A stretch of DNA of 64,000 bases. It comes from Eledone cirrhosa. Its lineage: Eukaryota. Below the pieces are notes generated by a model that saw nothing but the letters and a program-made list of their open reading frames with translations, ran no database searches and had not been told where the DNA came from. Below, one piece after another: positions 49,400 through 62,619 of the stretch. Positions within the stretch are counted from its first letter, which is position 1. Every line of letters starts with the position of its first letter. The DNA lies in assembly GCA_964016885.1 (NCBI GenBank), contig OZ024740.1, forward strand, positions 253,952,001 to 254,016,000, written 5' to 3'. Both the position numbers and the translations under genes were made by a program.

Positions 49400-52300
49400 T
49401 AGCGGCCTATGTTTCACTTCTTAAGTTTACACCTGGTTGCCTTTCGATATGATGGACTACGGAATTCTGGAGAGTCTGAAAAATCTGGACACTCAGTGAC
49501 AATGCCAAAGATAAAGACAAATTCACTTCATGCTGCCGGACAAGAATGCAAGGACTCCTCCTCTTTATTTTGGCCGCGGATGACTAACATAAGCCCATCT
49601 CCCTCGCCCCTCCCACCCACCAAACGCAATCCAAAACTTCAGAGTTGGTACCATGAATGTAGGCACCTTAAAAGGTCGCTCTAACGAGGTTGTAGAGATG
49701 CTTGATTGTAAGGAGGTTGATGTTTGCTGTATTCAAGAGACCAAGGTGGAGGGGTGGGTCTGCTAGATTCATTGTGGGTAAAAAACAATGCTATAAGCTT
49801 TTCTGGGTGGGAAATGACAATGGGCTGGGTGGAGTAGGAATCATGCTAGCAGAAAAATGGGTAGATAAGATAATAGACGTAAATAGAGTGAACGACAGAA
49901 TAATTAAAATAAGACTTGTCCTAAATAGAACTACCGTGACATCACGGAATCCATGGAGGCTATGGGTTTGGTACTAGAAATGAGGAAGGCTCCAGAATCC
50001 TGGAATTCTGTGACGCAAATAACCTAACTATCTGTAACACAAACTTCAAAAAACGAGACAATCACTTGATCACCTATAGATCAAGGGAACACGCCAGTCA
50101 GATAGATGTGACAGAGTGTCTGTTGTAAACACTAAATCCCTCTCCCATGAAGAATGCACCTCCCAACTAGCCTCACAGTTAGCGACCTCATAGTCAGGAC
50201 GAGACGTACTCGACAACAGAGGAGGACTATCCTCAGGAGAAAAATATGGAAGTTAAAGGACCCCACAGCCAGTAATAAATTTAAAAGCATATTATTTGAT
50301 GCTTTTGACAGTAAGGAAGAGCAATTAGAGTTGTACAATATAGAGGAACAGTGGGAATTCCTGAAAGCTAACCTGCTGAAGGCGACAGATGAAATCTGTG
50401 GCTGGAGCAGACTTATAGGCAGGAGGAGAGTAACTTGGTGGTGGAACAGTAAGGTGGAGGAGTCAATCAAGGCCAAAAAGCAGGCTTGGAAAGTATGGAG
50501 GGATGGGGGAAGTAGAGAAGACTATCAAGTGGCCAGGAGGGAAGCTAGGAGACAAGTGTACTTCGCAACAAGGGAAGCAGAGGAAAGAAAGTTCTAGCAT
50601 GTTCTATAACGCGAGGACCAAAAATGTGAGGTGTTCAGGATTGCTAGGCAATGTGTCAAGGAAAACCGTGATATTGTCAGGGAGAAGTGTGTCCGTAATG
50701 ATGATGGTGTACTTGCCATCACTGATGCTGATAAGAAGGTAGCTTGGAAGTGTCACTACGAGAGGCTACTAAATGAGGAGAATAAATGGGAGAAAGACAG
50801 TCTCCCCCACATCGACCCAATAGAGGGACCAGCAGTGCAAGTTGAAGGTAATATAATAAGTAAGGCAATCAAAGATATGAAGACGGGCAAAGTGGCTGGG
50901 CCTCCAGAAATAGTTGCTGAAATGCTGAAAGCATCTGGAACGGTGGGACACACTCTGGTCACTCGGATAGTAAACCAAGTACTACAGAATGGGGTTGTAC
51001 CAAAGGACTGGCATAGCAGCATCATCATTAACTGCTACAAGGGTAAAGGAGATGCCCTAGATAGGGGAAACTATAGAGGCATTAAGTTAATTGACCAGGT
51101 CATGAAGGTCACAGAAAAATTAATAGCACAACTAATCAGAGAGCGAATTGATCTCGATGAAATGCAGTTCGGGTTTGTGTCAGGTAAAAGTACCACAGAC
51201 GCTCTTTTCATTGTACGACAACTACAGGAGAAGTACCTAGCTAAAAATAAACCCCTATACTTAGCTTTTGTTGACTTGGAGAAAGCTTTTGACAGAGTCC
51301 CACGCCCCATTATCTGGTGTTGATGAATGGCTTGTGAGAGCTATACAAGCCATGTATAAAGAAAGTCAGCAAGGTTAGAATTAACAACGAATATAGTGAA
51401 GAGTTTAGCGTAAAAGTTGGTGTTCATCAGGGCTCCGTCCTTAGCCCCCTCTTATTTATTATTGCCCTCCAGGCTATAACAGGGGAGTTCAAGACCGGCT
51501 GCTCATGGGAACTTCTATACGCAGATGATCTAATACTCATAGCTGAATCAATGGCTGAACTAGAGAAGAAATTCCAAACATGGAAGCATGACCTAGAATC
51601 AAAAGGCCTTAAAATTAACCTGTCTAAGACTAAAGTTCTAGTTTGTAGGAAGGAAAATAGGGCACCGGTCCCATCTGGGAAATGGCCATGCTCAGTGTGT
51701 AGGAAAGGAGTAGGCAGAAACTCCATTTTATGTCCCAAATGCAAAGTATGGGTGCATAAAAGATGTAGTGGGATCACAGGTAAGCTAACTAAGAATATAG
51801 ATTTTATATGTGGCCAGTGCTCTGGTGCAATAAGTAGCAGCAAGTGCCCACAGTATACTAGCTCATTCCATTGCCCAGATGGTTCTACAGAAATAGTGGA
51901 CACCTTCCGTTACCTGGGTGACAAAAACAGCAGTGGTGGAGGGTGCTCTGAAAGTACTGTAGTTAGAGTCAGAACGGGATGGAAAAAGTTCAGAGAGCTT
52001 ATACCACTATTGGCCGCTAAAGGGTTCTCTCTAAAAATGAAAGGCAGGCTGTATGATGCCTGCATACGAACAGCAATGTTACATGGCAGTGAGACCTGGG
52101 CATTGTGTGCAGAGGATATACGCAGACTGGAGAGGAACGAAGCTTGCATGCTCCGATGGATGTGTAATAGTAATATACGTGAACTGCAAAGCATAAATGA
52201 ACTAAGTGAGAAATTAGGAATAAGAGGGATCAAATGTTTACTCAAGAGAAGACTGCGTGGTATGGACACGTGATGCGCATGAAAGACGACAGCTGTATAA

Positions 52301-52835
52301 AAAAGTGCAGGGCGATCAAAATAGACGGTAGCTACGGAGTAGGCAGACCCAGAAAAACCTGGAACGATTTGATAAATTCCGACCTCACACACTTACACCT
52401 CTTCAAGACAACGTCACTGGTCAGAGATCTTTGGCGCTACGCAGTAATACAGAAGACCCGCCTTGCCTAAGTACAAAGCGAAACCTACAGTTAAAATGCA
52501 CCCCCGTCCCACTACCCCTACCCCCATCTACACCACCCCATTCGATGTAAAGTTATGTTGGTACAACAACATCCAGTCCTAAATAAATGAGGTCGTGTAG
52601 GTGTCACGACAAAAAAACACAGTCCACGCTGTAATGTGGCCGTGTAGGTAACATGGTAAAAACCTCCCAGTCCACACTGTAAACGTGGTTGGTGTTAGGA
52701 AGGGCATCCAGCCGTAGAAAACCCGCCAGACAGTCCTATATGAGCAAGACAACCAATTTTACCTCAAGTGAGACAATTCCCGTCCAAACCCATGCTAGCG
52801 TGGAAGATGGACGTTAAACAATGATGATAATGATG
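49400..52835 (+). mobile_element. Near full-length RTE LINE (APE endonuclease + RT), disrupted
   Basis: VGTMNVGTL, CCIQET, GVGIML, RNEEG..ILEFC..NL.ICNT.F, SQID; RT KAFDRVP, HQGSVLSP, LYADDL; 3'UTR and (ATG)n. Confidence 0.93.
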
Positions 52836-52839
52836 ATTG

Positions 52840-53850
52840 CCAAGAAGTATATTCTTATTTTGTAGACCTCAAAAAGGCATATGACTGCATTCCTTAGTAC
52901 CTGCTGTCACAGGTTCTGCAGGTGTATGGGATCGATGGTCAGCTTGTTACTGCTCTGACGTCTCTATATGAATGCCTGAGTATTTATGTTTGGATAAATG
53001 GTGTTAAATCAAAACTATTCAATCTGGGATTCGGACTCTGCCAAGGGTGCGTACTGTCACTTGCTTATCATTTACATGAACAAGATTGACATGCACAGCC
53101 GGGTTGGAAGTGGTATCAGCTGGAATTTGCAGATGTCATGATGTTACTTAACTCGACAGATGGTGATCTCCAATTTGCACTCAATAGGTTTGATGCTGAG
53201 TGCTGCATAGCAGGAATGAAAATCAGTGCTGCAACATGTGAGTGCACTCAACATGTGAATGGAGTTCCACTGAAACAGGTAGAGAAGTTCAAGTATCTCA
53301 GGGCTGTGTTTACAAGTGATGGAAGGTAGGAGGCTGAATTAAGTGCAAGAATTGTAGGAGCTGGTACCATAATGTGCCAGCTTTAGCATTCAGTAATCAG
53401 AAGGGAGGTGTGTGTAAAAGCCAAACTCGCTATCTTCAATTCAGTATTCATGCCAAACCTTACCTATGGTCATGATTCTTGGGTAATAACTGAAAAACAC
53501 AATCGTGAATACAAGCTACCAAAATGAGGTTCCTCCAAAGGGTCTTCGGAGTAACGTTACTCGACAGAGAGCGTAGTTCGGAGATCAGAGAGTCACTCCA
53601 GGTAGAGCCACTACTTCTCCGAATTGAGAGATCACAGCTCCAATACTATGGGCATGTGATTAGAATGTCTCAGGAAAGCAACGTTGGACACATTTTACAG
53701 GCAAAACCAGCTGACAGGAGACCCAGTGGTAGACCCCGAGCAAGATGATTGGATAACATCCATGTGTTTGGATGTCACGCTTTGGGATCCAGCTGGATCA
53801 GTTGGAGATGGTTGTTTTTGTTGGGACCCACTGGAAGGAGTATTTGATGA
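52840..53850 (+). mobile_element. RTE (second family) RT/3' fragment
   Basis: FVDLKKAYD, QGCVLS, VEKFKYL, QLQYYGHVIRM, RPSGRPR. Confidence 0.85.
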
Positions 53851-53960
53851 CAAGAAAGAGAGAGAGAAAGAAAGAAAAAAAGAAAGAAAGAACGGAAGGG
53901 AGGAAAGAAGAAAAGAAAAGAAGAAAAAGAAGAAAAAGAAGAAAAAGAAGAAAAAGAAGT
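53850..53960. repeat. Polypurine (AAAG/AAG)n tract
   Basis: aagaaagagagagagaaagaaagaaaaaagaaag... Confidence 0.9.
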
Positions 53961-54227
53961 CGTCGTCTTCATTAATTAACAGAGTATTGCATTAGATGCA
54001 TGGTCTTCATTAATAAATTAATTTATAAAAATTAAAGTCTTGATTCCAATACTGACAATTTTCACAACAATAATATAAATATTTATAAACAAAAATATGA
54101 TAAACATTTGAATTAAAAAAAACAGTTTTTAGACATTTTCTATTAAATCGTTGCAGGATGTTAGTATTAAACAGTAAGCCAAAATTAGCTCCTCTAATTC
54201 TGAAAAGTGTAAAAATATCTTACAAAC

Positions 54228-54392
54228 CTGAATGTTTCATAACGAATCGTTTAATGGCAGCTGAGTCTTTCACATTTCCTGTGTAATCGATGGGTTCTTT
54301 CTTGTCATGCATAAATAGTTTATAGACAGGAAATTTCTCTTTTTTAACATTAAACCGAGTAGCAAGATCCGTATTCTCTTGTTCACCATAAT
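54228..54392 (-). CDS. ERP29: ERp29 coding exon
   Basis: ttcttaaag|(D)YGEQENTDLATRFNVKKEKFPVYKLF...YTGNVKDSAAIKRFVMKHS|gtttgt; 165 nt, phase 1/1. Confidence 0.94.
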
Positions 54393-55257
54393 CTTTAAGA
54401 AATAAAAAGAAACACTTTAAGACAGAATTTTAATGAATATTAAAGATAAGAAAAAGAAGAAACATGATAAAGTGGTTGATGAGGGGAGGGTATCGAGCTG
54501 TAGAAACCATGCCAAATAAGAGTTGAAAGGATTCTTCAGCTGTGTCAAAGACACAGCCTGTGATACAATAAAACATTGTAAATTGGTGATATTTACCAAA
54601 CAAAGGGTCAAGAGGATTCTTCAGTTATATCAAAGAGATGAGAACCTCCCATGTGCTTGTGCTATGATGGGATACACCCAGAGAACTCTAGAGTGTAGGA
54701 AGATATGGAAGTAAAATGCAGCCCTCAGCTCCTTTGAAAATATCAGTAGCTACAATTTGGTCTGTGATAACTCAGCCAGCTCATGCTAGCAGGGAGAATG
54801 AGCATTAGATGATTGATGGTGTTATGATTTATCTTTCAGGCATAGCTATCTTGTTAAGGGGTTTGCTTTGCAGCCACATGGTTTGAAGGTCCGTCCCACT
54901 GTGTGGCACCTTCAGCTATAGCCTTGAGTTGGTCAATGCCTTGTGAATGAAATTTAGTAGATGCCCATTGGTGAAAAAAACTCACAGCATGTGGAGAGAT
55001 GCTGTGCTGAAAAGGACCTGTCCAACCCACACAAGCGTGAAAAAATGGATGTAATGATGATAATGATGATGATATATATATATATGTGTGTGTGTGTCAA
55101 GTATTTCCGTAGAAAAGGTAAAGGAAAGAAGAGTGCTCTATGTGAACGGGTTGGACATTTCTGTAAAGATCGTCTGGTTTCTTGAAACCTTTGGTAATGA
55201 AATAATTATATTGTGTTGTTTATTATGTAATATATATATATTGTAATATATATATAT

Positions 55258-56665
55258 ATCATCTGCGTATAGGAGTTCCCATGGGCAGCCGGGCTATAAC
55301 AGAGGAGTTCAAGACCAGCTGCTCATGGGAACTTCTATACGCAGATGATCTAATACTCATAGCTGAATCAATGGCTGAACTAGAGAAGAAATTCCAAACA
55401 TGGAAGCATGGCCTAGAATCAAAAGGCCTTAAAATTAACCTGTCTAAGACTAAAGTTCTAGTTTGTAGGAAGGAAAATAGGGCACCGGTCCCATCTGGGA
55501 AATGGCCATGCTCAGTGTGTAGGAAAGGAGTAGGCAGAAACTCCATTTTATGTCCCAAATGCAAAGTATGGGTGCATAAAAGATGTAGTGGGATCACAGG
55601 TAAGCTAACTAAGAATATAGATTTTATATGTGGCCGGTGCTCTGGTGCAATAAGTAGCAGCAAGTGCCCACAGTATACTAGCTCATTCCATTGCACAGAT
55701 GGTTCTATAGAAATAGTGGACACCTTCCGTTACCTGGGTGACAAAATCAGCAGTGGTGGAGGGTGCTCTAAAGTACTGTAGCTAGAGTCAGAATGGGATG
55801 GAAAAAGTTCAGAGAGCTTATACCACTATTGGCCGCTAAAGGGTTCTCTCTAAAAATGAAAGGCAGGCTGTATGATGCCTGCATACGAACAGCAATGTTA
55901 CATGGCAGTGAGACCTGGGCATTGTGTGCAGAGGATATACGCAGACTGGAGAGGAACGAAGCTTGCATGCTCCGTTGGATGTGTAATAGTAATATATGTG
56001 AACGGCAAAGCATAAATGAACTAAGGGAGAAATTAGGAATAAGAGGGATCAGATGTTGTTTACTCGAGAGAAGACTATGTTGGTACGGTCATGTGATGTG
56101 CATGAAAGACGACAGCTGTATAAAAAAGTGGAGGGCGATAAAAATAGACGGTAGCCACGGAGTAGGCAGATCCAGAAAAACCTGGGACGACTTAATAAAT
56201 TCCGACCTCACACTTACGCCTCTCCAAGACAATGTCACTGGACCGAGAGCTTTGGCGCTAGTAATACAGTAATACAGAAGACCCGCCTTGCCTAAGTACA
56301 AAGTGAAACCTACAGTCAGTAGGCACCTCTAACAAAAATACACCCCCGTCCCACTACCCCCACCCCATCCACACCACCCCTTTCAATGTAAAGTTATGTT
56401 GGTACCACAACATCCAGTCCGAAACAAATGAGGTCGTGTAGGTTCACGACAAAAAAACACACAGTCCACGCTGTAATGTGGCCATGTAGGTAACACGGTA
56501 AAAACCTCCCGGTCCACACTGTAAACGTGGTTGGTGTTAGGAAGGGCATCCAGCCGTAGAAAACCCGCCAGACAGTCAACCAATCTTGCCTCAAGTGGGA
56601 AAATTCCCGTCCAAATCCATGCAAGCGTGGAAGATGGACGTTAAACGATGATGATGATGATGATA
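55258..56665 (+). mobile_element. 5'-truncated RTE LINE, near-identical to 51470-52835
   Basis: Long identical stretches from WELLYADDL through the 3'UTR. Confidence 0.93.
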
Positions 56666-56684
56666 TATATATTACATAATAAAC

Positions 56685-57945
56685 AACAGGTTATGAAAGT
56701 GGCAGAAAGGATATTAGCACAACTAATTAGAGAAAATGTCAAACTAGATGAGATGCAGTTTGGCTATGTGCCTGGAAAGAGTACAACAGATGACCTCTTC
56801 TTGGTGAGACAATTACAAGAGAGGTTCTTAAAGAAGAATAAGCCACTATACTTAGCTTTTGTTGACCTAGAGAAGGCCTTTGATAGGGTACCCCGATCTG
56901 TCATCTGGTGGTCCCTAAGGAAACTAGGTGTTGAGGAATGGCTTGTGAGGGCAGTGCAAACTTTGTACAGAGGTGCTGTCAGTAAAGTCAGGGTAGGAAT
57001 GGAGTTTAGTGAGGAATTCCAGATACAAGTAGGAGTACATGAAGGTTCAGTCCTCAGCCCGCTCTTGTTCATTATAGTCCTCCAAGCCATAACAGAGGAG
57101 TTTAAGACTGGCTGACGATCTGGTTCTTATAGTAGAATCAGTAGAGGAGTTAGAGAATAAATTCTGGCTATGGAAACAGCAGTTGGAAGCAAGAGGACTG
57201 AGAGTGAACCTAGCTAAGAATAAAGTGTTGATAAGTAGAAAAGAGGACAAAACTCTGATTCTGTCAGGGAAATGGCCATGTTCGATATGCAGAAAAGGAA
57301 CTGGCATAAATTCTATAAAATGCGCACAATGCAGATCCTGGGTACACAAGAGATGTAGTGGGATAGCATGCAAACTAACAGGTAGGGAGAAATATGTATG
57401 CAGTAGATGTACATGGAAATTACATTGTACATTGATAGACACATTTTTCAAATGCAGTCGGGTGCTATAGAAGTGGTGGATAGCTTCCGGTACCTGCGTA
57501 TGAAAGGCCGGTTATATGATGCCTGTGTGAGGAGCGCAATGCTGCATGGTAGTGAGACATGGGCAGCAACTGCAGAGGATATGCGATGGTTGGAGAGAAA
57601 TGAGGCAAGCATGCTCCGTTGGATGTGCAATGTCAATGTGCGTGAACGACCCAGCATGGATGTGTTGAGAGGGATAGAATGTAGTGTGCGAGAGAGGAGA
57701 CTGCAGTGGTATGGACATGTGATGCACCTGGAGGATGACCGATGGGTGAAGAAGTGCCATGAAATGCCAGTTGAAGGAAGACGTGGTAGAAGTAGACCAC
57801 GAAAAACATGCGCGGAGGTGGTGAGAACAGACCTCAGGTGGAGATGACGAAGGACCGTGACAAGTGGAGAGATGCTGTACTGAATAAGACCCATCCCACC
57901 CTTGCAAGCAGGGAAAAGTGGACGTAAAATGATGATGATGATGAT
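56685..57945 (+). mobile_element. 5'-truncated RTE LINE, same subfamily as 12695-14930
   Basis: QVMKVAERILAQLIRE...KAFDRVPRSVIW; tail ggacgtaaaa(tga)n. Confidence 0.92.
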
Positions 57946-58112
57946 ATATATATGTATGTATGTGTGTGTATAATATATATATTAAGTAAATAACCTATTT
58001 ACTCTAAATTACTCCATGAAATCTCCTTGGAACATATGTACTACATTCGATGATGCATCTTGTATCATCAACATACATGTATGTCATGCAATTCCACCGA
58101 GCACGTTGAGCA

Positions 58113-58161
<49 letters not shown>

Positions 58162-58164
<3 letters not shown>

Positions 58165-59525
58165 ATACTATAAATGAGAATGTATGTGTGTATATGTATG
58201 TGTAAGTCTCTCAAAGGCTCTGAAATGGTGCATCCTAGAGAAAAAACATTTTTATTTTCAAAATCTGCATCCCCAATGAGAATATTTTAGGGTTGTTAGT
58301 TATCAAAAAATGTAATTGTTACAACATATAAATCAACTTCAAGATCACCAATATTGAATATCATTAAAATCAACAACTATCAGAATACTCTATATATATC
58401 TATCTATCTCTCTCTCTTTCTGTATATATCTTTACCACACTCTCTTTCTGTACTACTAGTGACAACGAAGGTGATGGCGGTGGTAGTAGCAGCAGCAGCA
58501 GTGGCTGTAGTAGTGGTGGTGATAGTAGTAATGGTGGTGGTGGTGATAGTAGTAGTAGGAGGAGGATATTCTAGACAAATTCTCCTAGTCATTCCAAAAG
58601 GCAATAGGATTGACCAAATCCGAGCCTGTTTGAAAAAAAAATATAGACACTTTGGACTTCTATCAAATTTTGGTAAAGATGAACAATCAGAGCAGTTCGC
58701 CAAAAATCTATTAATGCCTGGGGACGGAAGACTTCCTGTAGATAGAAAGGGAGCTATTGATATAAGTACTATAGGCATGATGGTGGAATCATTCCATCTC
58801 ATAGAAAAGTTTTCCCTAATCTTGAATAACAGTTCACAAGTTGGCCCTGAAAAATATGGCTGTGAAATTGGTAAATCAAGAGCTGTTAAAAATTATTCCG
58901 AAGATTTTGAAGCTCTATTGATCTGTCGACACTGTTGGGGAACATAGTCGGAAGCTGTCACTTACCCAACAAAGTTCCTCAACTCTTTAGAACCTCCAGG
59001 AATGGCTAAACATGTCCTTCACCTTAAAGAAGTATTGAGGAATTAGCATCCACCAAGGTTATGCAACGGCACTCGGTTGGTTGTGAAAAATATGTATCCA
59101 CACGTGATTCAAGCCACCATTTCAACAGGATGTGGTTGGGAAGAGGATGTGTTCTTTCCAAGAATTCCTTTTATCCCCACTAATGTCTCATTTCAATTTA
59201 AACGACTTCAATTTCCAATGAATCTTAGTTTTGCCACAAGTACAAACATTTTTGGTTTACATGTTGAAGAGCCCTGCTTCAACCATGGACAGCTGTACAT
59301 TGAATATTCAAGAGTAAGAAGTCAGACAGATCTTTACACCAGATGGAAAAATAACAAACATTGTTTATACAAACATTATAAATTGAGCCAATTAATACAG
59401 AAATCTATCCTCATCAAGGGGGACTATCCTTCGGGGAAGACATGGTCTGACATGGAATAAAAAAAAATTTGAAATAAAGGCATACTATTGTGATTATTGC
59501 CTGGCAACGATGGGCTACTTAGCTA

Positions 59526-59526
<1 letters not shown>
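58162..59526 (+). mobile_element. Helitron derivative with PIF1 helicase remnants
   Basis: A|TC start, CTAG|T end; RQILLVIP, FLNSLEPPG, LCNGTRL, PRIP..FKRLQFP, HGQLY..SRV. Confidence 0.85.
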
Positions 59527-59575
<49 letters not shown>

Positions 59576-60473
59576 ATATATAAAATGTTGTACTGTGTGA
59601 TGGATTATGGGAGATAAATCAGAGTGTGTCTTTCTCCAGAAATGGAGAATGGTAGAACCAGGAGCTAACAACAGCTTCATATTGGAACCACCCAAAGATA
59701 CACCAATGTATAATAGAAAATGAAACAGAAATTTTAAAATGTATAAATATATATCCTGTACTGCATGAGACCGCATTAGAAAGACATTCTTAAAAAGTAC
59801 AAAATAACACTAGGACTGCATCACATTGTCTTTAATCTAAAACTACAAATTTTCACAATCTGTCCTGTAGTAAAGATACTATAAACACTTAAATTAAACT
59901 CGTTTTTAGACATTTTCTGCCAAATCCTTACAGGATGTTAAGAGTTAGTGTCAATAATAACCTTAATATTTAGCAGAAAATATCTAAAAACAAGTTTGTT
60001 AAATCAACTGTTTATATAGTCTTAATTAGTGAACAGATCATCATCACCGTTCAATGTCTATTCCCATGCTAGCATGGGTTAAACAAGCTGTTCCGTTGTG
60101 AGACAAGTCACGTCAGATGACCATGTCTTGCTTATACAGAACTGATTTTGGCTTGGTTCCTACGGTTGGATGCTCTTATTAATGCAAACCACACTTATAG
60201 TGTGTACTGGGTGCTTTTTTGTTGTGACACCTAAACAATCATTTTACAGTGTGGACTGGTAGCTTTTTGTCTTGAAACCTACATGACCACTTTACAGAAT
60301 GGACTGGGTGCTTTTGTTGTGACACCTACACAATCACTTTACCGTATTGTGAAAGTCTGCTGTATTAGAGTAAAGAGTTTAATTTTGAATGTGATGCAAT
60401 TAAAGTCATGTTTTGTATTTTTTAAGAATATCTTGCTATTGTAGATTCCAGGAAATTAAAAGCCAATACTTAC

Positions 60474-60612
60474 CAGCAATCTGTACTTCAGCTACTAGTA
60501 AATCTGGTTGTACATAAGATGACTGAGCAACCTTTTTAAATTGATCTTGTTTCTCGCCATAAGGGTAGGTTTCATCAAATTTCACCAGAACGGCTTTGTG
60601 TTTAGTGATGAT
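60474..60612 (-). CDS. ERP29: ERp29 coding exon (thioredoxin-like domain); upstream exon lies outside the window
   Basis: ttacag|[29 protein letters not shown]...[10 protein letters not shown]|gtaagt resembles ERp29 [18 protein letters not shown]. Confidence 0.96.
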
Positions 60613-60989
60613 CTGTAATAATCAATAAATATCTTTGATATTGGAACTAATCAGGCAAATAAATTATTAGTTTTACACAGGTAGATTGATGATTTTTGCA
60701 TCATCATCATCAGTTTTTAACATTCATTTTCCCATGCTAGTGTAGATTAGACAAGTTGTCCCATTGTGAGACAAGCCAGATTAGATGCCCATGTCTTGCT
60801 CATACAAAACTGTTTCTGGCTTGGTTTCTATGGCTGGATGCCCTTCCTAACACCAACCAGATTTGCAGTGTGTACTGGGTGTTTTTTGTCGACACCTACA
60901 TAACCACTTTACAGACTGGGGCTGGTGTAGGGAAGGTACATGGGGATAGGAGAGGTGGGGGGACTTATCAGGTGATGGTGGGGAGTTAG

Positions 60990-61680
60990 GAAATGAGAGT
61001 TTATGAAGTACAATGTTGTATGGTAGTGAGATATGGGCAATGAGAGTAGAGGATATGTGAAGACTGGAGAGAAATGATTCAAGCAGGCTCTGTTGGATCT
61101 GTAATGTCAGTGGTATATGTACAATGAAGCACAGATGAGCTGAGAGAAAACTGGGAAACACTGAAGAAATCAGATGCAGTGTGTAAGATTGTGATAGTTT
61201 GATGATCATTTGGTGAAGTGCCAGGAAATCTCATTGGAAGGTTGCAGCAGTAGTGGAGGACCTGAGCAGAAATGGAGAGAGCTGAAGGAATGCAACAAAT
61301 TGACATAAAATAATGGTGATGATGAAGAGATCTCAGTCCTGTGTCTTGGACTTTAAGAGGTGCAATTGGGCAAGGTCAACTTATATCACCTCATCCCAAG
61401 TCTTCCCGAGTCTCCCTACTCCATGGCTTCCATCGACTTTGAGTGCTCTGCACTTTTTTATGCCACTGTCATTCCTTCATACGCATCACATATCCATACC
61501 AACACAATCTCCTCTCCTGCACACAACATTTGATTCCTCTTATACCTAGTTTCTCTCTCAGTTCAATTCTGCTTTGCCATTCTTGTATATTACTATTACA
61601 TATCCATTGGAACATGCAAGCTTCATTTCTTTCCAATCTACTTTCCAGTCTTCTGCACACAGTGCCCAGGTCTCACTAAA
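60990..61680. mobile_element. Two degenerate RTE 3' fragments in opposite orientation
   Basis: + strand MLYGSEIW..RRLERN (60990-61325); - strand RLERNEACM..RLCWYGY (61330-61680). Confidence 0.75.
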
Positions 61681-61718
61681 AAGGTTAAAGACATAGGCAG
61701 AGTCTTTCATTAGAAATA

Positions 61719-61750
61719 CTAGCCGAAGAACTGCCCTTCGGGCAGTTTTC
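61719..61750 (-). mobile_element. Helitron-like 3' terminus
   Basis: - strand hairpin aactgccc-gaa-gggcagtt, then CTAG|T six bases later. Confidence 0.55.
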
Positions 61751-61844
61751 TGCTGGCTTATGTAGTGTGCATATTGGTATTATACGCAAATATATATGTA
61801 TATAGATATGATATGTAAATTGAAAAGTAAATTGACAATATCTT

Positions 61845-62480
61845 CTTCTTTGCCCACTTATTTCTGAGGGTCGTGGGGGCAGAGTCCTTCTGAAACACTC
61901 CTTCCAAAGAGTCTGTCAGAAGCAAACATCTCTAACTGATCCAGCTGGATCCCAAAGCGTGACCAGCCAAACTCATGGATGTTATCCAACTATCTTGCTC
62001 AGGGTCTCTTGTCGGTTAGTTTTGCCTGTAAAATCTGTCCAGTGATTCTTTACTGAGACATTCTAACCACATGCTCATAATATCGGAGTTGTGATCTCTC
62101 AATTCGGAGAAGTAGCGGCTCTACAAGGAGTGACTCTCTGTTCTCTGAGCTATGCACTTTATCGAGTAACGTTACTCCAAACACCCTTCGGAGGAATCCC
62201 ATTTCTGCCACTTTTATTTGAAATTGTATTCTCTTAGTCATTACCCAAGATTCATGACCCTCGGTAAGGGTTAGCAAGAATACCAGGAAGACAGCAAGTT
62301 TGGCTTTTACACCTACCCCTCTTCTTCTGATTACTGAATGCTGAAGCTGGTGCATTACTGCATCAGCTTTTATAATTCTTGCACTTAATTCAGCCTCCTG
62401 CATTCCATCACTCATGAACACGGCACTGAGATACTTGAACTTCTCTACCTGCTTCAGTGGAACTCCATTCACATGTATAT
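61845..62480 (-). mobile_element. RTE (second family) 3' fragment
   Basis: VNGVPLKQVEKFKYL..EMGFLRRV..RSQLRYY; (AAG) tail. Confidence 0.88.
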
Positions 62481-62619
62481 AAATTTGAGCGACTTCAGCC
62501 CATCCGTCCATCACAAAATATATGTGTGTGTAAAAGGAAGGAAGGGGATACACACATGTCTCCAACTTAAAAATAGTGACAAACACACGTCTCTAATTTA
62601 AGAATGCCAACAAACTCAC

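Noticed and set aside
49520-49600. Possible HDV-like ribozyme in the RTE 5' region
   Set aside because: Only loose tcctc and ctaa resemblance; the nested double pseudoknot could not be built by eye and needs a descriptor search
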